Assembly: GCF_006345805.1 (NCBI RefSeq)
Contig: NW_021831679.1
Location: 1 to 33,155 of the forward strand
DNA length: 33,155 bases
DNA from: Octopus sinensis
Taxonomy: Eukaryota
Reading direction: 5' to 3'
Shown here: positions 29,541 through 33,155 of the stretch, in pieces
Numbering within the stretch: the first letter of the stretch is position 1
Layout: each line of letters begins with the position of its first letter
Program-made: the position numbers and the translations under genes
The notes under the pieces: model-generated
Told to the model about the DNA's origin: nothing
Seen by the model: only the letters and a program-made list of their open reading frames with translations
Databases searched by the model: none

Positions 29541-29594
29541 TACGACACTGTTAGTTCCCCGGCGGTCACCCAGCCAAGTACTAAAACAGCCGGT
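29541..29594 (-). pseudogene. 3' half of 5S rRNA (pseudogene fragment or 5S-derived SINE piece)
   Basis: Minus strand TTAGTACTTGGCTGGGTGACCGCCGGGGAACTAACAGTGTCGTA closely resembles the conserved animal 5S segment GTTAGTACTTGGATGGGAGACCGCCTGGGAA. The 5' half is absent. Confidence 0.65.
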
Positions 29595-30020
29595 AATCGA
29601 AAATTAAGTTTTAAATAAGATTTCTTGGGTAATTTTTTAGTCAATTTTAAAATTTTACTGTCAATTAAATTGACTTTTTAAGGGTAATTTTTATTTTTTC
29701 AAGTCAATAAAAATGTTGCCCTACTCGTATTAGGCTCACAAAAAGTTGGATGACTGGATCTACATTTGTATTGATTGGATTATTAGTTTTTATCTTCAGT
29801 TGATAATTAAAAGAAGAAAAATTTTATTACAAATTACAAGACTGTCCTGCAGAACTGTATACCTCAAACTTAGATTGTATAAGATTTTATTTCTTCCTAA
29901 AATTCTACTAGATTAATACATCAATGGAATTAAATTATAAAAACATTCAAGACTCATTTCATGTAAAGAAAGCTACAATACTTAGCTGATCTGCTCAATA
30001 CTGAAAATTTTCCTTTATAC

Positions 30021-32147
30021 CAGGCCTGGCCAACCCAAATCGCATCGCGGGCCACTTTGTCCAAATGAATCCTTTCCGCGGGCCGCATATACATGTACAT
30101 ACTAAGGATAGATATCAAACAACACAGATAAGATTTTATTTAGTAAAATAGCATTCAGTCCAATTACGTATCAATGAGAAATCTGTTTTTCTTTATCTTC
30201 ACTTAATTTTTTCAAATCAACTTCACAATTACTAGTTGCACATCTTAATTGGTTTTCTAAGTTTTTATCTGTTAAAGAAGATCTATATCTACTTTTACTA
30301 AACTTTAATTTCGAAAGAATGATTCACATACGTAAGTAGATCCAAAGGAGCTTACAACTCTTTGTGCAAAAATTCTTAAGTTGGGATATTTTTCTGCAGT
30401 CACATATTTGTTATAAAAGTCAATTTTGGATATAGTAGGATACAAGTCTTAGTTCACTGTTGCACTGTAGGTCAATTATTTCCGTCTGCAAAGTATTTGA
30501 AACAATAGAAACGTCAACATGAAATGGAGAAGAAAATGTTCAAACATTTTCTCATATTTTTTAGTTCCGAGAATCGACTGTCAAATGCTGCAGCAAGATT
30601 TTTTATTTCATCAGCGTACTTGAAGAAATTTTTACAATGGCTGATTTTAAATTGATTTAGCGTTGGAAAATGTTGATCATTTCCATTTCTTATTTGACAT
30701 TCAAACAATGACAATTTCATTCGAAATGCTTTGACTTGATGGCATGCATTAGTAATCAAATTATCCGGTCCTTGTAACTCCTTGTTTAATGATTAATTTT
30801 TTCGGTTATATCTACCAAAAAGCACAGATCTAGCATCCATTCTTCATCATTTAATTCAGTTAATGTCATTTTCTTATGCATCATAAAACTTTTGATTTCT
30901 TCTCTCAAGTCGAAAAAACGTTTTAAACATTTTCCGCGACTCAGCCATCTGACATTGGAAAAATACACAAGATCACCATAGTGAGAATATACTCGTTCAA
31001 TAATTCTTTAAACTGGCGATGTTGAAGTGCATGAGAACGAATGAAGTTTATAGTTCTTACAACCACACTCATAACATGGTTCATAGACAACACTTGCGCG
31101 CACAATTGTGTTGATGTATCAAGCAGTGTATTACAAATAAATCATTTTTTATGCTTCTTGACTCCATCTCATCCATTATTAGCTTTACAACTCCTTTATT
31201 TCTTCCAATCATAGCCGGCGCCCCATCTGTTGTCAATCCAGCAAGGGTCTCTAAATCGCTCCATTGTCGGATAAACATTTCATAACAGCTTGGAAAATAT
31301 CTTCGCCCTTTGTAGTATCTTTCAAACTGACAAGGTTAAGCATTTCTTGTTTCACTTGAAAAGATTCGGTAACTCCACGAATATATACTACAAGTTGAGA
31401 CGTGTCTGATATATCCGTGCATTCGTCAAAGGCCAAAGAATAACTTTTGAAATATTTTATTTGATCACGCAAAGTCACCACAATTTCATTTGAAATGTCA
31501 TTAACCCTGCGACATATGGTTTGACGTGACAAGCTAATGTTTGAAAACTTTTTAGTTTTATCTGGCAAAATGTCTTTCACGACAGCATCCAAACACTCTT
31601 TAACGAATTCTCCATCCGAAAATGATTTCATTCTCTTTGAAATTATCATTGCAACAGAGTAGCTTGCTTTAACAGTATCAGAAGAAGAGTGTATCGATGA
31701 ATTTAATTTAATAGTCTTTGCTGATTTCTCAATTCAGATTTAAGCGAATCCAGTTTCCTTGTTTCAATTCCTTACTAAATTTCGCGTATTCGGAATGCTT
31801 TGTTTCATAATGTCTTCTTACATTGTACTCTTTCACCACCGATACTTTCTCCTTGCAAATTAAACATGTTGGCTTGGAATTATGCATTATAAAAAAGTAA
31901 TCTTCTTCCCAATGATTGCTGAATTGCCTGTTTTCTTCAAAAATTTTCCTTTTCTTCATATTGATAACAGCTACAAAATAGATAAACTTTAAATTTATTA
32001 AACTTATAATTTATCTTTATTTATTAAACTTAAGAAAATTTATCTTGAATGTATTTATAGGTTAACTACATACAAAATTTCTCTCGCGGGCCGCACCAAA
32101 CTCCATCGCGGCCGCATGCAGCCCGCGGCCTTGGTTGGCCAGCCCTG
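30021..32147 (-). mobile_element. hAT transposon, Buster/SPIN (GTF2IRD2-like) type, frameshifted transposase 30171-31959
   Basis: 15-bp TIR CAGG(C/G)CTGGCCAACC and 8-bp duplication CTTTATAC (nnnTAnnn pattern) at 30013-30020 and 32148-32155. Motifs CLIC..YNVRRHYETKH, LAFDECTD, TTDGAPAM, HCLIHQ, VRWLSRG and FGSTYVCE. Confidence 0.95.
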
Positions 32148-32203
32148 CTTTATACAATTCATACAAAAATTGACATTAAAGATGCAATTTTTTTGTTAAT
32201 ATA

Positions 32204-33155
32204 CACCCCTTGACATTAAAATCCGGACAATTAATAAATCGTCAATTTTATTATCAAATTTAGAAAAAAAACCTTTGAGTATAGTATTTTTTTCTATATT
32301 TTTATATTTAAAAAAATATATTTACAAAAGTTTTATAAAACGATATTTAAAAGCATAAAACGTGTTTTCAGTGGAGTAAAATTCCGGACACTTTTGCTAT
32401 TATAGTTAAAAGAGCAAGTGCCTTTTAATCATTGACTAACTTATTTCAATCAATTTAAAAAAAAAAGTTAAAAGAGCTAATTTTTTTTAATATTTTAGAA
32501 AAAATTAATGGATTCCTTTTGTAAAGGACAAATTATTTCTTATTACCTGCAAAATTTTTCTTATAGGAGAATTTCTGATATCCTCGGAGTTCCGAAATCG
32601 ACCGTTTTCGATGTTGTTCGAAAATACATAAACTCAAGAACCATTTATAGAAAAAGTGGGTCTGGAAGACCAACATTACTCAATACAAACGAAATCTAAA
32701 TATTAGTGGAACTTTCTGATGCCAATAGTGAAAAATCTGATAAAGTAATTTCCCCGCGAACAATTACCCCCGCAATTTAAATAAAAATGGGATGGTTTTT
32801 TGGAAGAGTAGCAAAGAAAAACCATTGTTTAGTAAAAAACATACTCAAAAGATATGAATATCGAAAGATTTCGTTGGTATATATGATGAAGGATGGAGAT
32901 CAGTCATTTTTTCAGACGAGTGTACTTTTGAAGTTTATTATGCACCAAAAAGAAATAATATACCGAAAAAGGGGAAATGAATTCAAAAATTCAAATTATC
33001 ACCAAACTGTTAAGTGTGTGGCGGCAAATTATGGTCTGGGGATGCTTTTCATATTTTGGAATGGGTTCGTTATGTTTCATCGATGAAAAAATAAACTCAG
33101 GACAATATATAAAAATTCTTGCTACATTCAGGAAAAATCAGCCATTGAAATGGGA
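32204..33155 (+). mobile_element. Tc1-like DNA transposon, left part, degenerate
   Basis: TA|CACCCCTTGACATTAAAATCCGGAC start with an inner AAATTCCGGACA repeat near 32380. Paired-like HTH SYRRISDILGVPKSTVFDVVRKY, GSGRP motif and IFSDE catalytic motif across frameshifts. It runs off the window. Confidence 0.85.

Overview
AT-rich eukaryotic, most likely animal, nuclear DNA from a genome with ultra-short spliceosomal introns. About 40 introns of 19-31 nt can be read by restoring conserved protein motifs. Dicyemid mesozoans or myxozoans are candidate hosts; this is inference only. Host genes or gene fragments are: a PDZ protein, a four-MBT-repeat protein (Sfmbt/MBTD1/L3MBTL2-like), a BOD1-like protein, a TMC channel, a tetraspanin, the C-terminal half of INTS6 and an ABCC/MRP transporter with at least 19 micro-introns. 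All but the BOD1-like gene carry stops, frameshifts, deletions or TE insertions. Many frameshifts sit in homopolymers, so consensus error cannot be excluded. Mobile elements are dense: three pogo/Tigger elements plus a related MITE, a Buster/SPIN-type hAT, a Tc1-like element, a Ginger/GIN-like integrase, R4/Dong-like and APE-type LINE relics, three or four CRE-clade 3' fragments, a tRNA-derived SINE and a 5S rRNA fragment. The most notable observations are a 255-bp MITE in a tetraspanin exon whose end plus target duplication would splice out exactly (Introner-like), and host-sized micro-introns inside three separate transposase/integrase genes. No CRISPR array or prokaryotic system is supported.
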